A stretch of DNA of 64,000 nt from Verrucomicrobiota bacterium (GCA_041166945.1 JBEEGQ010000183.1:742-64741), one strand, 5' to 3'. Counted from the stretch's first letter, positions 8,728 to 18,873 are shown. Translations and numbers: made by a program. Notes: generated by a model from the sequence alone, not told the origin.

Positions 8728-11700
8728 GCCGGCGCGTCCGGCGATGTGATGGGCATATCCATGAACTGCATCGTGCCTCCGTCGCCGGTGAGGGTCTCCA
8801 GTGGCATCCAGCCCTGGGTTTCGGTATCAAACCATTGGAGGGTATAATCGAAGTTGATCTCGCTCTCGAACATGATCGTGCAGGTGATGGGTTCATCCGC
8901 CGTACATGAAACGCTGAACGGGGAGAGCAGTGTGAGAGTCGCCACTTCGCTGTCGATCGACCCGAGCGCATTCGTGATCGTCACCCTGTAGGCGCCGGCA
9001 TCGGCAAGCGCGAGATTCGTGAGGCTCAACGTCGCGTTCGTTGCCCCCGGAATTTCGACGTCATCCAGGAACCATTGGTAAAAGAAAGGCCGCGAACCGG
9101 TCGCCGTGACGCTGAAGGTGACATTCGACCCCAGCAACAGATCGGCATTCGTCGGCTGCAATGTGATTTGGGGCGCCGCATCATCGACGGTCAGCGTCAC
9201 GATGTCGCTGGTGGTGTTCCCGGCAGGATTGGAGATCACCACGAAATATTCACCCGCAACGGCGCTGGTTACGTTCGACAGGCCGAGCGCCGAAGCGGTG
9301 GCCCCCGGGATCAGCACCGTGTTGAAAAACCATTGATACGAAAGCGGGGATGAACCGGTGGCGGCCACGCTGAACAATGCGTCTTCACCGGAGAAGACAG
9401 CCACGCTGGCCGGTTGCGCGCTGATCGCGGGCGGGACAAACATCACTGTCAGCGTGGCGGCGTCACTCGCCACGGCGCCGAAACGGTTGCTCACCACCAC
9501 ATGATACGATCCGGCATTCGCCGCGCCGGCATTGGCAATCGTCAGCAAGGCACCTGTGCCGCCGGCCACGGGCGTCGTGCCATTGAAAAACCACTGATAA
9601 AAAATAGGCGCCGTGCCCGTCGCGCTCACTCGGAAGGTGGCCACATCGCCTTGAAGTGCGGTGGTGTTCGTCGGCTGGGCGCCGATGATCGGCATGAACG
9701 CATCGAGGGCCAGCGTCGCCGCTTCGCTCGTGGCAGTCCCCGCGACGTTCGTCACCACGACATGATAAAGTCCCGCGTCCCCGGGCTGGACACTCGGGAG
9801 GACCAGTGTGGATTGGTTCGAATTGAGAAGGAACGAGCCGGCGAGATTCGTGCCGTTGTGATACCAAAGAAATCGCAAGGGCAGTGAGCCGAGCGCTTCG
9901 ACCGTGAAAAAAGCCGGGGCATCCGGCAGCACGACGATGCTGGCCGGCTGCACTCTGATTCCTGGGGCAATGACATTGACGCTCAAGACCGCCGGGGCGC
10001 TGCGGATCGAACTGAACGGATTGGAGACGAGCACGCTGTACACACCGGCCTGGTTGGTGGCGACATTGGGAAGTGTCAGCGAGGTGAGCGTCGCGCCGGG
10101 GATCGGATTGGTCTGGTTGAAAAACCATTGATAAGTGATCGGCCCATCCCCCGTGGCGGCGATACGGAAGGTGGCGGTGTTGCCTTGCGCCACTGTCATG
10201 TCCACGAGCGGCACCGAAATCACGACCCGATTGATCAGGGTCAACGTCGCGGCCGTGCTGGTCACCGAGCCGGAATTGTTCGAGACCACGACATCGTAGG
10301 TGGACGCATCGGAGGCCTGCACATTGTTGAGGGTCAGGACCGGGCCGGTGGCTTCGGGGATCGCGTTGCCTCCCCGGCGCCAGAGGTAGGTCAGTGGCCC
10401 ATCGCCATTGACCACGATGATGAAGCTGATCGTGCCGCCCGCCTGCGCGACCTGCGATTGGAGCTGGCTCACGATCACCGGCGCGAGCAGGGTGAGCCCG
10501 AATTCGTAGGCGCCAATGTCGCCCCGCGCGCCGCGGGGACGGGCCACGCCGCGCTGATCGACGACTATCCGGTTCGAAGGATCGCCGGCGTCAATTGCCG
10601 GGCTGTCACTCAGCAGCGGAATGGTTTCTGTCAGGCCGCCATTCCGGCCCAGCAGACCGAGGCGCGGATCGATGTTGCTTCTGCTGCCGGCTGTCTTGAA
10701 GCGGATGCTCCGATCGGAACTGAGATTGTAACCGGCATCGCTGAAGGCGCCGTAGCCGTTGGCGCCCGGAAGCGGAAATGCCATCAGGGAATTGTTGAGA
10801 ATAAAGGTGCCGTTGCCGTTCGCGATGTTGCCGCCACGACCCGCTCCGCGATGGCCATCATCGCCTGCGACAGAACCAGTGCCGGCCAGCCCATTGGTGC
10901 CGCCGGTGACGCCCCCGTCGAAAAAGGTGCAATTCGTCACAGCGGTGCGCTTGGCGTTGTAAAGGTTGCCGCCCCAAGCCGCGCCACCATCGCCACCGCG
11001 GCCGCCCCGAAAATCCGAAGCGGCGCCATTCCCTGCCGACCCGCCGATGCTTTTGTTCGCGAAGAAAGTGGAATTGACCACGGCACTTAACCCGTAATTG
11101 GCAACGGCGCCGCCGACGCTTGAAGCGCCGTTTTTGCCGCCCCGGGCGCGAAGCCGATCACTCCCGGCGTTCGCGCTCGCGCCGGCTCGCGCATCGTTCA
11201 ATGAAAACGTCGTGCCGACGATTTCAAGGACACCACCGCCGAGGTTGTAGATGGCGCCGCCGCCGGACAAGCCGCCGGCGCCGCCATGCCCGAGGTGACT
11301 GGCGGCGAAACCGCTGCCGTTTGTTCCGCCCGCGCCGCCATCGCCCGCGGTCGCGCTATTGAGCATGAACGTGGAATTACTGACGATTAGAACACCCGAA
11401 CTGTAGATGGCACCGCCCTGCGCGCGACCGCCGCTGCCGCCGTTCCCGCCGTCACCACCCAATCCATAACCGTTTCCGCCGTCGCCGCCCGGACCACCCG
11501 CGCCCGCGATGGCGCCGTTGGTCAGAAAAGAACAGCGGCTCACAATGGTGGTGCCGTGAAAACTAAAAATCGCCCCGCCGAGCGCCTGTTGTCCATTGCC
11601 CCCGTTCCTGCCATCGGCACCGTTCAGGCGGTCGCTGCTTCTGCCGCGGCCGCCCCCGGTGCCGCTCCGGCCGATCGCCAGGTTGTTCGACAACACACAA

Positions 11701-12152
11701 TCCTCCAGTGACAGAATCCCCCGGTTGTTATAAATCGCGCCGCCATTCGTCGCGCGACCCGCGGTCAGCGTCAGGTTGATCAGCGAAAAGGAGACACCTG
11801 GATTCACCTGGAACAGCCGGGTGCCATTTGTCGAGTTGGTGCCGGCCGGACTGCTGATGGTGAGCCGATGACCCGAGGCGTTCAATGTCGCGCTCAGCGC
11901 AACGGTGATCGGATTGGTCAGCAACAGTGTGCCATCGCAATTGGCTGTGACGACTCCGCCCTGGGCGAGCGCCGATTCGAGCGCGTGTTGCGAACACTCG
12001 TTGAGAACGGCATCGGCGCGCGCGGGCCTGGGCACAAGCGCCACAACGGCCAGCAACGACATCGTAAAACAGGCCGACATCGCGGACCGAATGCAGCGGC
12101 GCGAGCGCCGGAGAGAGCGCTGCAACGGAGTGTGATTCGAGAAAAACTTCAT
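8691..12152 (-). CDS. Secreted beta-helix / Gly-rich repeat protein with ~8 Ig-like (I-set type) domains
   Basis: 1153 aa. Signal peptide ([17 protein letters not shown]). Pmp/'choice-of-anchor'-like repeats (GGAIYN..., GGAGG runs). Then repeated ~88-aa modules with YQWFFNGT / TYLWRRGG / ...YHVVVSN motifs. The start is 18 nt after the secretin stop. Confidence 0.8.
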   Translation of the reverse strand: MKFFSNHTPLQRSLRRSRRCIRSAMSACFTMSLLAVVALVPRPARADAVLNECSQHALESALAQGGVVTANCDGTLLLTNPITVALSATLNASGHRLTISSPAGTNSTNGTRLFQVNPGVSFSLINLTLTAGRATNGGAIYNNRGILSLEDCVLSNNLAIGRSGTGGGRGRSSDRLNGADGRNGGNGQQALGGAIFSFHGTTIVSRCSFLTNGAIAGAGGPGGDGGNGYGLGGDGGNGGSGGRAQGGAIYSSGVLIVSNSTFMLNSATAGDGGAGGTNGSGFAASHLGHGGAGGLSGGGAIYNLGGGVLEIVGTTFSLNDARAGASANAGSDRLRARGGKNGASSVGGAVANYGLSAVVNSTFFANKSIGGSAGNGAASDFRGGRGGDGGAAWGGNLYNAKRTAVTNCTFFDGGVTGGTNGLAGTGSVAGDDGHRGAGRGGNIANGNGTFILNNSLMAFPLPGANGYGAFSDAGYNLSSDRSIRFKTAGSRSNIDPRLGLLGRNGGLTETIPLLSDSPAIDAGDPSNRIVVDQRGVARPRGARGDIGAYEFGLTLLAPVIVSQLQSQVAQAGGTISFIIVVNGDGPLTYLWRRGGNAIPEATGPVLTLNNVQASDASTYDVVVSNNSGSVTSTAATLTLINRVVISVPLVDMTVAQGNTATFRIAATGDGPITYQWFFNQTNPIPGATLTSLTLPNVATNQAGVYSVLVSNPFSSIRSAPAVLSVNVIAPGIRVQPASIVVLPDAPAFFTVEALGSLPLRFLWYHNGTNLAGSFLLNSNQSTLVLPSVQPGDAGLYHVVVTNVAGTATSEAATLALDAFMPIIGAQPTNTTALQGDVATFRVSATGTAPIFYQWFFNGTTPVAGGTGALLTIANAGAANAGSYHVVVSNRFGAVASDAATLTVMFVPPAISAQPASVAVFSGEDALFSVAATGSSPLSYQWFFNTVLIPGATASALGLSNVTSAVAGEYFVVISNPAGNTTSDIVTLTVDDAAPQITLQPTNADLLLGSNVTFSVTATGSRPFFYQWFLDDVEIPGATNATLSLTNLALADAGAYRVTITNALGSIDSEVATLTLLSPFSVSCTADEPITCTIMFESEINFDYTLQWFDTETQGWMPLETLTGDGGTMQFMDMPITSPDAPAYRIVIEATPVP

Positions 12153-12170
12153 CGGCGCAGCGGAACCGGA

Positions 12171-14564
12171 TTACCGTGAGAATCCCTCCCGTTTGTAGAT
12201 GTTCTCCTTTTTCAGCATCCGCTTGTCGGTCTCCTCGAGGAGCTTCCGCTCGGACTCGTTGAAATCCTGCTCGGCTTCCTTCGTCGCTGGCATTTTGGCG
12301 CGCTCCTGCTTTGCGAAAGTCGCCGCCACATCCGGTGTGGGAAGAACCGTCGGACGAATGAGAACGATCAGTTCCCGCCGATCCTCGGTTTCCTTCGTGC
12401 TACTGAAGAGCCGGCCCAGGATGGGTATGTCCTTCAAGATCGGCACGCCGCCATGCGACTTGTTCTTCTGGTTGGAAATGAAACCGCCCAGCATCACCGT
12501 CTCGCGATCGCGGACGGACACTTTCGCATTGGCCTCCTTTTGGCTCGTGATCGGCACCGCTCCCACGCTTTGGATGATGACATCGCCATCATAGCTCTCG
12601 ACCTTCTGGCGGATATCCATCACGACGAGGCCATCGTGGTTGATCAGCGGCAGCACCGAGAGAGTGACACCGATTTGGAGCTGCTGAATTTGGTTGTAAC
12701 CGCCGTAGATGCCGCCTGAACTCGAGCTCGACGGGTAGGGACGCGATTGGCCGACGAACAGGTTGGCTTCGACAGCGTGCGAGGTCTGGATGCGCGGACG
12801 TTGAAGAATTTTTCCGCGTCCATCGCCGGCGAGCGCCGTGATGGCGGCGTCGAAATTCATGAAACTCGCGACATAGGTGAACCCATCGCCGATGGAGTTC
12901 GACCCCGTGCCGCCGCCGCCCACCACGTTGTTCAGGCCCAGGAAGGGAATGGTCTTGATGGCGCCGGCGCCGGTGAAGACGTCGCCGACGGTGGTCGGCT
13001 TGGTCTGCACGTAGTTCATTCCGTATTCGAGATTGTTGTTGAGGTTGACCTCCATGATCACGGCCTCGATCACGACCTGGGCGAGGACAACGTCGAGCTT
13101 GTCGATGATGTTCGATATCGTCTGCAAATCCTGGCGGCTGGCGAAGATCAGCAGCGAATTGGTCCGCTCGTCGGCAATGATCTTGGTCTGGCCCAGAACG
13201 AAAATGTCGCCGGTACCGGTCGCCGCGCGGTTGACGATCTGATTCAGCCGTTGCGCAAATGAACTGCGGCCGCCCGCGCCGGGGGCGCCCGCGCCGCCCA
13301 ATGCGCCTCCCTGCTGCTGCGCGCCGTAGGGATTGTTGGGATTGTAACCGGGCTGATTGAGGCCGGTGCCTCCAAAGCCGCCAACGCCCCCGCGGTTGCC
13401 GCCCAATCCGCCGCCGCCCGAACTCAGGCCGGTGTTGCTCTGCTGCCGGCCGACCGTCGTACCGCCGCCCCCGCCGCCCGCCGTCAGCGTGCTCAACACC
13501 TGTTGGATATCCGCCGCCAGCGCGTACTTAATCGGGATCACCACGTCGATGAAATCCTGCACCGGAACCACATCCACCTTCTCGATCAATTCCAGCATGC
13601 GCTTGGCGTTCTCCGCGTAATCGCGAATGATCAACATGCTCGTGCTCGGCACCGTCAGAATGCTCTGGGGCATCTTGGCAAACGGCTGGAGAATCTGGAT
13701 CAAATCGTTGGGCAACGCATTTTTCAACTGGACGACATGCGTCACCATCGTCGCCGATTCCGGGTAGAGCTGCCAATCAGAGTTGGTGCCCAGGTTGTCA
13801 AACTCCTTGCCTTCCGAAAATGCCTGGGCTTGCGGCACGGCTTTCACAAATTTGGTTCCCTGCGGCACCATCGTGATCGAGTTCATCGCCAGCACGGTTT
13901 CCAGCGCTCCTATCGCCTCGCTTCGAGTCAATGGCGTTTGCGTCTTGAACGTGATCTTCGCCGCGGGCAGCGACGGCGCCTTCAACACGGTCCGCCCGGT
14001 CAGCTCCTGGTAAATGTCCAGGATCGGATTGATGTCCGCGTCCGAAAACTTCAGCAGCCCCGGGGGAAAAACCTCCTCGGGCGCGCCGGCGGCATTGCCA
14101 GCGGCCAGATTCGTCTGGCCGGCGGCTGCCGCGCGGATGGCGGCGGCCGTGACATTTGTGGGACCGGCGGCAGCGGCTCCCACTCCCGGGATCGGCGCGA
14201 CCGGCGGGGCCAAGGTTCCGGCCGTGTTGGCCGGCGTAAATCGCATCCCGGGCCGATTGGTGTTCACTCCGCCCGCAGTCGGAAGCGGCGGCGTGGGCAG
14301 AACAGGAAATGCCGCGGGCGCCGGACGGGTGGCCGCCGACGGCAATGTGGTGCCAGGCGCCGGAGTCAGCACGGGCGTCGGCAGGGTTCGGGGATTATTG
14401 GTGGCGGCGGCCGCGGCGGCGGCGCGGGCCGCTGCAAACGCCGCCTTTTCGCGCGCAATCATCTCGGCATCGGGCGTCGGAGGCGGGGGCGTTGGGGCCT
14501 GGGCCCGCAGGTTTGGCCCGATGGCGCCGGCCACCAGGATCAGGATGAGATGGATGTTTTTCAC
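12171..14564 (-). CDS. Secretin (GspD/PilQ family)
   Basis: C-terminal secretin signature (...RETVMLGGFISNQKNKSHGGVPILKDIPILGRLFSS). N0/N1-like repeats are present. I prefer GTG at 14564 (VKNIHLILILVAGAIGPNLRAQA, a signal peptide). The ATG at 14639 would overlap the upstream gene by 71 nt. Confidence 0.88.
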   Translation of the reverse strand: MKNIHLILILVAGAIGPNLRAQAPTPPPPTPDAEMIAREKAAFAAARAAAAAAATNNPRTLPTPVLTPAPGTTLPSAATRPAPAAFPVLPTPPLPTAGGVNTNRPGMRFTPANTAGTLAPPVAPIPGVGAAAAGPTNVTAAAIRAAAAGQTNLAAGNAAGAPEEVFPPGLLKFSDADINPILDIYQELTGRTVLKAPSLPAAKITFKTQTPLTRSEAIGALETVLAMNSITMVPQGTKFVKAVPQAQAFSEGKEFDNLGTNSDWQLYPESATMVTHVVQLKNALPNDLIQILQPFAKMPQSILTVPSTSMLIIRDYAENAKRMLELIEKVDVVPVQDFIDVVIPIKYALAADIQQVLSTLTAGGGGGGTTVGRQQSNTGLSSGGGGLGGNRGGVGGFGGTGLNQPGYNPNNPYGAQQQGGALGGAGAPGAGGRSSFAQRLNQIVNRAATGTGDIFVLGQTKIIADERTNSLLIFASRQDLQTISNIIDKLDVVLAQVVIEAVIMEVNLNNNLEYGMNYVQTKPTTVGDVFTGAGAIKTIPFLGLNNVVGGGGTGSNSIGDGFTYVASFMNFDAAITALAGDGRGKILQRPRIQTSHAVEANLFVGQSRPYPSSSSSGGIYGGYNQIQQLQIGVTLSVLPLINHDGLVVMDIRQKVESYDGDVIIQSVGAVPITSQKEANAKVSVRDRETVMLGGFISNQKNKSHGGVPILKDIPILGRLFSSTKETEDRRELIVLIRPTVLPTPDVAATFAKQERAKMPATKEAEQDFNESERKLLEETDKRMLKKENIYKREGFSR

Positions 14565-14568
14565 GGGA

Positions 14569-15225
14569 TCACTTCTTTTTATTCGTCGTGGTGTTCGACG
14601 GGGTGCCAGTTGTCTTGGGAGGAGTTTTGGCAGGGGCATTCGTGGACTTCGCGGGCGCCGCCGGCGCGGCCTTCGGCGGACTTTTGCGCTGGTAACTTTT
14701 CACCAGTGTGATGTTCCCCTGGAGGCGCATGCGGGTTTGATCGGGCTGCAACAACATGCTCTTGGCGCGAATCAAAAGATCCTTGTCGGCGAGCCGGTAC
14801 AGAAAATCGAGCAATTCCTTTTCGCCAGTCGTGAAAGTGACGCCGACAGAGGCCTCCTCGAAGAAGGCATTTGTTTTCCCGCCCGAACTCCGGCTGACCG
14901 GCGAGATCGAAGGGAGCGTGACGCCGCTGAGAGCGGCCTGGGAGCTCACCTCCTGCGAGAGCCGCAGCGCGGCCTCCTCGGTCGCCACTTCCGTGCCCTG
15001 TTTCGAGAGCTCGCGAATCCGGCCTTCGTAGAGCGGCTTTCTCTTTATTTCAGCCTGAAAATCACTCACCTGCTTCAGCGCCTTTTTGCGTTTGTCCTCC
15101 GTCACACCGTATTCACCAAACCTCGGGATGATGAACCAGATGTTGATCACGATAAACACGCCGATGCCGACGAGGACCACCAGGCGCCGCTCGGCGGGAG
15201 TCAGCTTGTTGAAGAAATCTTTCAT
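14569..15225 (-). CDS. PilO/GspM-like bitopic pilus or secretion assembly protein (hypothetical)
   Basis: MKDFFNKLTPAERRLVVLVGIGVFIVINIWFIIPRF is an N-terminal TM segment. A coiled-coil and an alpha/beta domain follow, then a Lys/Pro/Thr-rich tail. The ATG overlaps the stop of the upstream gene (ATGA at 15222-15225). Confidence 0.5.
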   Translation of the reverse strand: MKDFFNKLTPAERRLVVLVGIGVFIVINIWFIIPRFGEYGVTEDKRKKALKQVSDFQAEIKRKPLYEGRIRELSKQGTEVATEEAALRLSQEVSSQAALSGVTLPSISPVSRSSGGKTNAFFEEASVGVTFTTGEKELLDFLYRLADKDLLIRAKSMLLQPDQTRMRLQGNITLVKSYQRKSPPKAAPAAPAKSTNAPAKTPPKTTGTPSNTTTNKKK

Positions 15226-16628
15226 TCGGTATCCGTGCGCCGCAGATCGCAATTCAGACTCCATGTTAACAACGGAGTTCCCGCTTTGTTGTCCACCCGG
15301 CCGATATTTACCTTGCTGAAAAGTGGCTGCCCATTGACCGCCGCCTTGAGAAGCGCCTCGTTGAATTCAAAAACCATGCTGCGATCCTCGATCCCCGCCG
15401 ATCCGAAAAAGGTGACCTTGTGGCCGCGGTCGAAATTCATCGAATCCAGAATCAGCTCGGTCGGCATCGTTTCCGCCACGGCTTTGTAAGTCTCCAAGGC
15501 GGCATACTGCAACTCCAGCGTCTCCTGCAACACGCGCAGCTTTTCCCGGAGCTGGATCGTATTCGTGTAGGTCACGCCGAGGCTCGAGGCCTCGGTCTGC
15601 ACACTGTCATAGCGCCACGACGCCACCTGCAAAAAACCGAGGTAGACCACCACGCCAAAGACATAAAGCAGCAGCACCGCACCGAGGGATCGCATCCAGA
15701 GGCGGTCCACGAAAAGCTGCCGGTAACGCTTCGAGTATTCCGGCGGCAGCAGGTTCGTGGTGCCGGTGGCGGCGGTCACGCGCCGCGCGGTCAGCGCGGC
15801 CAGCGCCTCCGGAGCCGGCGGCGGAATGACTTCGACCGTGGTATTCGGATCAAACAACGGGACCCACGCCGCAGCCGTCGCTTCGTCAGCCACCAGGTGA
15901 TACCGCGCTTCCGAGGTAAGCCATCCTTCCATCTCGCCCGCCCAGGCCGTTTGCGAAATCTGCTCGCGCAACGCGGGAGCGCGGGTCTCCCCGGGCGGAA
16001 GATTCAGCAGGGTGAGACTTTGGAGCACGCCGTCGAACCACCAGGCGACCATGCAGGTGCTGGCAGTGCCGCCGATCCCCGGAAAAATCCAGGCCCCATT
16101 GGCGCTGACCTTCGTCGAGCGCAGCTCGTCAAGCAGGGGTAGTTCGAGGCGATCCGCCACATAACCCTGGCTTTCCAACTGGCCCAGGAACTCCTCCACG
16201 TGACTGCGCGCCACCATGATGACCACCACCGTCTGCTGTTCGCCGCTGGAATGCGGATTCAGATGATCGCTGGCTCCACCCTGGGCGATGTAGGGAAAAA
16301 CTTCGTAGCTCCAGACAATTTGCGCCACGGGCAGCGGCGAGATCTTCTCGAGCTGCAAATCAATCATCGACTGCGTCTCGGCGGCATCCGTCTTCGGAAG
16401 CTGCAGCACGCGCAGAAAAACTTTCTCCGCCGAGAGCCACGCCACATTGAGACGAGGCTGGAACAGCGAATGCCAGTCCTTCGCCACGAGCTTCTCGGCG
16501 AGGGGTTCGCTGGGAAGTTTCGATTCGGATTTGAGAAGGTTAAACTTGTTGTTGGCGGCGCTGAATTGCCACAGATGCCGGATCTGGGAACCGGACAGGA
16601 GTACATTGCAGGAATGCCAGCGGGCCAT
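15222..16628 (-). CDS. PilM/PilN-like (GspL-like) fused assembly protein (hypothetical)
   Basis: 468 aa. A cytoplasmic ~310-aa domain, then a TM helix (LWMRSLGAVLLLYVFGVVVYLGFL), then a ~130-aa periplasmic PilN-like domain. The call rests on this topology and on its position between the ATPase and the PilO-like gene. No sharp motif was seen. Confidence 0.5.
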   Translation of the reverse strand: MARWHSCNVLLSGSQIRHLWQFSAANNKFNLLKSESKLPSEPLAEKLVAKDWHSLFQPRLNVAWLSAEKVFLRVLQLPKTDAAETQSMIDLQLEKISPLPVAQIVWSYEVFPYIAQGGASDHLNPHSSGEQQTVVVIMVARSHVEEFLGQLESQGYVADRLELPLLDELRSTKVSANGAWIFPGIGGTASTCMVAWWFDGVLQSLTLLNLPPGETRAPALREQISQTAWAGEMEGWLTSEARYHLVADEATAAAWVPLFDPNTTVEVIPPPAPEALAALTARRVTAATGTTNLLPPEYSKRYRQLFVDRLWMRSLGAVLLLYVFGVVVYLGFLQVASWRYDSVQTEASSLGVTYTNTIQLREKLRVLQETLELQYAALETYKAVAETMPTELILDSMNFDRGHKVTFFGSAGIEDRSMVFEFNEALLKAAVNGQPLFSKVNIGRVDNKAGTPLLTWSLNCDLRRTDTE

Positions 16629-16723
16629 GGGTCAGGAGAGATGAAGATTGAACGGCAGTGGGGCAGTTGTCGCGGCCTGTCCCGGGCCCGTGGCTTCGGG
16701 CATCATCGTTAGCCAGCTCGAGT

Positions 16724-18475
16724 TCATGTCTTGGTGACGAATTCAGTCCGCGAGTCGCCCATCAATCCGAAGTGTTCCTCGGTCTGGGTGACGCGAAGGA
16801 CCTCCTCGACGGTGGTTCGTTTGGCCTTCACCTTTTTCCAGCCGTCGGTGCGCAGCGTTCGCATGCCGCCTTCCATCGCTTTTTGCGCGAGTGTGTTCGC
16901 GGGCGCGCGATTCATGATGAGCGGCCGCAACGCCTCGGTCACGACGAGCAATTCGTAGATTCCCTGCCGGCCCTGGTAGCCCAATGAGCGGCAGGCCTCG
17001 CACCCCGCGCCGCGATAGAATTTCGCCGTCCCAATCTCGTGCTCCGGGAACTGCACCTTGCGCAGGAACTCGGCATCGAAATGCTGTTCGACCATGCACG
17101 ATGTGCAAATGGTCCGGACAAGCCGCTGGGCCAGGACAGCCTCGACGGATGAGGCGACCAAAAACGGCTCGATGCCCATGTCGATAAGCCGCGTGAACGC
17201 GCTCGGGGCGTCGTTCGTGTGCAGCGTGCTGAAGACCAGATGCCCGGTCAGCGCCGCGCGGATCGCGATCTCAGCCGTCTCCAGATCGCGAACCTCCCCC
17301 ACCATGATGACGTTTGGATCCTGCCGCAGGATATGGCGCAGGCCCATCGCGAAGGTCAGCCCGATGTCCGAACGAACAGAGATCTGGTTGATCCCCTTCA
17401 ATTCATACTCGACCGGTTCCTCGATGGTGATGATCCGCTTGCTGACGGAGTTGATCGAACTGAGGAAGGCGTAAAGCGACGTCGATTTCCCCGCGCCGGT
17501 CGGCCCCGTGACGAGCATGATGCCGTGAGGCTTGAGCACGATGTCGCGGATCGCCGTCTCTTCCATGTGATCGAAACCCAGCTTGTCGAGCGTCAGAAAA
17601 ATCTTGCCGCGCGTCAGTAACCGCAGCGACACGCTTTCGCCATATACGGTCGGGACCGTCGAAACGCGGATGTCGATCTCCTCGCCCTTGATGCGGACAT
17701 TGATGCGGCCGTCCTGCGGCAGGCGTTTCTCGGAGATGTTCATCCCGGACATCACCTTGATGCGCGAGATGATCGCCGCCTGGAAACGTTTCAACTGCGG
17801 CGGCATCGGGGTCTGGTGCAGGATGCCATCGATGCGATAGCGGATGCGCAATTCATCCTCGGCCGGTTCGAAATGGATGTCCGTCGCGCGATCCTTGAAA
17901 GCCTCCCAGATGATCTGGTTGACGAATTTGATGACCGACGCCTCCTGATCGCCCTCGGTGATCTCCTTGTCCCCGGCCAGATCGAGGTCGAGGGTGTCAT
18001 CCTCCTTCGACATTTCATCCAGGGTCTCGGCGCCGACGCCGTAGTATTTCTTGAGCGCCTTGTCGATTTCGATCTTCGGCGCCAGCGCGAATTGCACCGG
18101 GGATCGGGCGTCGAACTGCACCGCGCTCAGCATCCCGGCGTCGAACGGGTTGCTCACCACAACCTGCAGGGTGCCATTCTGGTAATCGGTCGGGATGGCG
18201 AAATATTGAAAGGCGACCTTCGTCGATATCTTGTTGCGCGCCTCGGTGGGCACCGTGAGTTTTCGGAGGTCGACAAAGGGCCAGTTGAGAACGCCGGCCA
18301 GTTGTTGGAGGAAGAGTTCCTCGGTCGTTCCTGCCTCGCGACATATAAACTCCAGCAAGCCATCCTGCGAGCCGTCGGCTGTCGCCAGGCGCCATTTCTT
18401 CTGCCAATCATCCACCTGCCCCGGCGAAGTGTTCGCAGCGCGAGCGACGATGTTTTTGAGTGAGACGTGAGCCAT
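16724..18475 (-). CDS. Type II secretion / type IV pilus assembly ATPase (GspE/PilB family), full length
   Basis: 583 aa. Has an N-terminal T2SSE_N-like region, Walker A GPTGAGKST, Asp box IEEPVEYE, Walker B VIMVGEVRD, His box GHLVFSTLHTND, and CTSC...CEAC tetracysteine. Confidence 0.92.
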   Translation of the reverse strand: MAHVSLKNIVARAANTSPGQVDDWQKKWRLATADGSQDGLLEFICREAGTTEELFLQQLAGVLNWPFVDLRKLTVPTEARNKISTKVAFQYFAIPTDYQNGTLQVVVSNPFDAGMLSAVQFDARSPVQFALAPKIEIDKALKKYYGVGAETLDEMSKEDDTLDLDLAGDKEITEGDQEASVIKFVNQIIWEAFKDRATDIHFEPAEDELRIRYRIDGILHQTPMPPQLKRFQAAIISRIKVMSGMNISEKRLPQDGRINVRIKGEEIDIRVSTVPTVYGESVSLRLLTRGKIFLTLDKLGFDHMEETAIRDIVLKPHGIMLVTGPTGAGKSTSLYAFLSSINSVSKRIITIEEPVEYELKGINQISVRSDIGLTFAMGLRHILRQDPNVIMVGEVRDLETAEIAIRAALTGHLVFSTLHTNDAPSAFTRLIDMGIEPFLVASSVEAVLAQRLVRTICTSCMVEQHFDAEFLRKVQFPEHEIGTAKFYRGAGCEACRSLGYQGRQGIYELLVVTEALRPLIMNRAPANTLAQKAMEGGMRTLRTDGWKKVKAKRTTVEEVLRVTQTEEHFGLMGDSRTEFVTKT

Positions 18476-18576
18476 GAAATCTGCTTAACCCGTTGCGTAA
18501 CTTAAACAACCGAACCTAGGGAAAGTTTCGGAAAGGGTCAAAGTATTTAACCGGTCCAGCATCCAACCAGATGCAT

Positions 18577-18785
18577 CCCGAAGTTGTTGGTGAACGTCCG
18601 AGCCGGGATTGATTCGCCCCTGTAGCGCAGACTTCCAGTCTGCTGTATCGCGGGTTTCCAATCCGCACGCGTTGGGAGTTGCCTTTTGCGCCAGGATTGT
18701 CAACCGCCTGCCGACTGGAAGTCGGCGATACAGCAGACTGGAAGTCTGCGCTACGTGCGGAATGGCTCCAACCAACAACTTCGGG
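18577..18785. repeat. Nested inverted-repeat element (REP/REPIN-like)
   Basis: Outer perfect 15-bp IR: CCCGAAGTTGTTGGT (18577-18591) with ACCAACAACTTCGGG (18771-18785). Inner perfect 30-bp IR: GTAGCGCAGACTTCCAGTCTGCTGTATCGC (18622-18651) with its reverse complement at 18725-18754. Each inner arm is itself a hairpin (GCAGACT-TCC-AGTCTGC). A third related hairpin, GCCGACTGGAAGTCGGC, lies at ~18710-18726. The inner arms end in GTAG...CTAC. Confidence 0.85.
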
Positions 18786-18873
18786 ACACACGGCATCCAA
18801 GCAGGTCGGCAGAAGCCGACTGCACTTGAGGATTCAATTGCAGGGAACAGAAACCGAATCCAGATCCAGCCGC

